Shown: piece after piece, positions 61,161-64,000 of the stretch
Layout: every line of letters begins with the position of its first letter
Position numbering within the stretch: the first letter of the stretch is position 1
NCBI GenBank assembly: GCA_973895155.1
Contig: OZ316899.1
Location: 11,275,675 to 11,339,674 of the forward strand
DNA: 64,000 nt
From: Marsupella aquatica
Taxonomy: Eukaryota; Plantae; Marchantiophyta
Direction of reading: 5' to 3'
Position numbers and translations under genes: made by a program
The notes under the pieces: model-generated
What the model was told of the DNA's origin: nothing
Databases searched by the model: none
The model's input: the letters and a program-made list of their open reading frames with translations, nothing else

Positions 61161-62196
61161 ACACCGTACTTGAGAAAAACAATGAAAACAAAGACAGACG
61201 TATTGAATGTGAGACGATTCACGTCCATTGCACGAGCAATGTCAAAACCACAATCCACATGTGATGTATTTCTCGCCCAACAAACCTTTGAATTCTGCGA
61301 AGCAATAGTAGTCTTTTACAACTGTCTGGTACAGTGGCATGGACAATTCAATCGAACTATTAAAGAAAGGATACAAGCTAGCATTCGTAGTGTTCCAAAA
61401 ATTTCTGCAATGAGAGGTACAGCTTCAAATCGTGATCTTGTCCTAATGTTACAGCAGGAAATATATCAAACAAGGCTTCTACCTTTTACATAGAGAAATA
61501 CAAGTGATAACATTCGTAGTTTCACTAATATGCTAATAGTCTTCCTCACACGTCTTTTCTTCCTTTGTTATCTGGGCTTTTAAATCTTAATTAGAGTCCC
61601 ACTGACACTGCATGTTACGTGTTATATGAAAAAGAATGATTACAACATACAGGAAGCAAACTAATGAATTACTTGATGTTCAAATTCCAAGAAATAAACA
61701 AATAGAATGATGCTGTCGGATTCTTGCAATAACCGAAGCCATACCAGGTTCGTCAATCTCCAGGAAAACGAGAAGGGAGTTCCAGTTTGAAAATCTAATT
61801 ACACGACAGAATCAAATTACGAGAGCAAACATACGAAGTTGGATGAAGATTAACAAAATGTATCCACATCCCTCTGTACAGCACTTATCGAATAATACTA
61901 CCCCAGAGAATGACCTTGCAGTACAGTACAAAAGGACCCAAAGGCTGGTAGACAAGACTTGATCGGCCAAAGTAAATCACCATTAGGAGTTCACAACAGA
62001 TTCAGAAAATGGAAACCTCGACCTGGAAAGATTGAAAACACAATTTGGACTGCACGGTGCTACGGGGAAATCATCTCTTCGGCGCCACGCCGCACATATT
62101 CCTGGTATCTCCTCTTGCTCTATTTACTCCGCGGGCTCTTTCTCAAAGATATTGGCACTAGTACAAACGGAAAATCCTCAAATCGGAGGAAAGGAT

Positions 62197-62565
62197 TCAG
62201 ATTGTGTCCATACAAGCACCAGCGGCTCGACGGGGCTCGCTTTTACGCCTGCTGCCTTCCCGTCTACCAACTTTCACCTTTAGCACTTCCTCTTCGCTGA
62301 GTCCTCCTTTATTGGCTGGCCCCAGTTCAGCCTGTTGTACTAATATTTTGAGCCTCTTTCGTTTCTTCCCGGTTTCCAGGCTGTCTAGGCCTTCTGGTTT
62401 CGCCTCTTCCGCCTTATTCTCCTCTGCAGGCAGTTCTTCTTTCACGACTTTGCGAGGCCTGCCTCTCTTTCTTTGCACCGGCACATGATTGGACTCGCTG
62501 CTCTCAACGGCATCTTTGCAAGCTACTATGGGAGGCTTTTTTGTGATAACCTTAGCCCGCCCCAT
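62197..62565 (-). CDS. Small plant AT-hook protein (host gene)
   Basis: KRGRPRK AT-hook, basic NLS-like KKRKR and C-terminal GSRRKSEPRRAA typical of this plant family. MGRAK at 62565 is preferred as the start; an upstream ATG at 62628 is also in frame. Confidence 0.8.
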   Translation of the reverse strand: MGRAKVITKKPPIVACKDAVESSESNHVPVQRKRGRPRKVVKEELPAEENKAEEAKPEGLDSLETGKKRKRLKILVQQAELGPANKGGLSEEEVLKVKVGRREGSRRKSEPRRAAGACMDTI

Positions 62566-64000
62566 CTGCTGAGTGCACAAGTGGGACCTCCAGAGACACC
62601 GTCTAAAAGTTTCAATGGCTTTGTTCACTGCCTTTCGTGATGGAGGAGAGAAGTCAAAATTTCAGAGAAATCGATAGGGCTGGACTCGATGTTCAGCTGA
62701 AATTCGGCTGGAAAACCACGAAAGAAAAGCCAAGAAATCCAGAACAAGGGCCAAGACTCAGAGCCCAAAACAAAGATTTCAATTCTACTGCAGGGTCACT
62801 CTGGACTCTGGGAATCTCGCCGAAACTTACACTCCCTTCCGTCGGAAATGTCAGACAGTGAGAGACGCAATAATGTAGGCTACCTGAAACCAATCAACTG
62901 GATCTCTGACTGTAAATTTGAGAAGTATAGTCATACGTTCTCATCAACGGGCTGAACCCAGTACCCATGCCTCGCCATCCCATCAATAAAGTACGTAGTA
63001 ACAGTCGACAACAAAGCCCGAAAGATTCGCGTGGCGTACAACCTGGGGTGGGTGGGATGAGAGTACGACGAAAGAGATCGTAGAGAAAGTTGTAAATTTG
63101 ATCTTCCCTTTTAAGATCTTAGCCTGAGACGGACGGAGACAGAGCCAGGGTGCATGCTTCGGTGCAAACCCTAGCACCCCCACGAAATACCACGAGTAGT
63201 CAGCCAACCAATGTCCACGGTGCGCTACTGGGGTAAATCTTTCAAGTACATTCGCAGTAGTACCCCAGCAAGTAAATTGACTAGCTCCTTCTACCCCTTC
63301 TTTGAAAGTCAATATAGATGAGGACAAAAAAGTGCTTGAGACAAAATAGATTTGAGAAAGTAATAAGGATAGTGTATCAAAAGACAAAGGGAAACCCCAC
63401 TTGAGAAATTTTTTCATCAAGACTCAAAACTTGATGGTAAAATGGTTCAAGTGTGAGAAAACCCTAAATTTTATTCAAATGGTGAAAATTTGAACATAAG
63501 GTATGTTAGATGGCTTGTAGATGTCAACATGACATACAACAATAATGTCATATGACAGCCACCATGAAATAGTCCATTGTAGACTACACATCTGCTTGAA
63601 TATCTAGAAGTGCACCATTTGATTGGAGAGTGGAACCAACCAAGCAACCAAAACTACAACTGCAAAAACACCCAAAAGAAGAAGCCAAAAGAACGATCAT
63701 AAGAGGAAATCAATTGCAATGGATCTAATGCATCTAGAATGATGGAATATAAAGAGAGTGGAGTAAGCAATATAACCCTCTTCAAAAAGATCCCAGGCAA
63801 GTGCCAAGAAGATCCAATCATGACATCAAAAGAGGGTCAAGTTAGTATTGAATTAAATTGAATGTGGAAGGAATATTTACCTGTCAATTGATTATCGAAG
63901 CTCGGAGTAGAGAAGCTGTTCTATCAATGCATTGGCTCGTGCTAGTGTAACCAAGAGCTCAATGGATACACACCCTCCCATGATCATGCAGTCATCTTAA

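Noticed and set aside
62983-63420. 145-aa ORF upstream of the AT-hook gene
   Set aside because: No recognisable features; it overlaps the likely promoter or 5' UTR.

Overview
Eukaryotic, almost certainly plant, repeat-rich DNA (probably a non-seed land plant; the species cannot be determined from this window). About 60 kb is nested transposons and there is one small host gene. (1) Two copies of a Ty3/Gypsy-type retrotransposon (979-9842 +, TSD CTAG; 20707-30336 -, TSD AAGT) encode Gag, protease and a DNMT3-like C5 cytosine methyltransferase, then a leaky UAG-CAA-UCA stop, then RT, RNase H and an integrase ending in a PHD finger. They lack ordinary paired LTRs. Their termini are split direct repeats (A...B and A...B-A-B), which suggests integration from a circular intermediate, and they carry a Tf1-like self-priming signature. 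(2) A 15-kb Mutator-like element (32771-47724, 9-bp TSD) carries a transposase on + and, on -, a spliced gene with a ParB/Srx-like domain and a degenerate N4C/N6A-methyltransferase-like fold, followed by a Ulp1 protease. Its non-coding segments and most introns are packed with one 21-25 bp palindrome. (3) A Sola-like DDE transposase is interrupted by Gypsy copy 2. (4) There is one full-length and one truncated Helitron. (5) There is a ~1.9-kb inverted duplication of unknown origin. (6) An AT-hook gene lies at 62.2-62.6 kb. Most TE ORFs are broken by stops and frameshifts, many of them C>T/G>A transitions.
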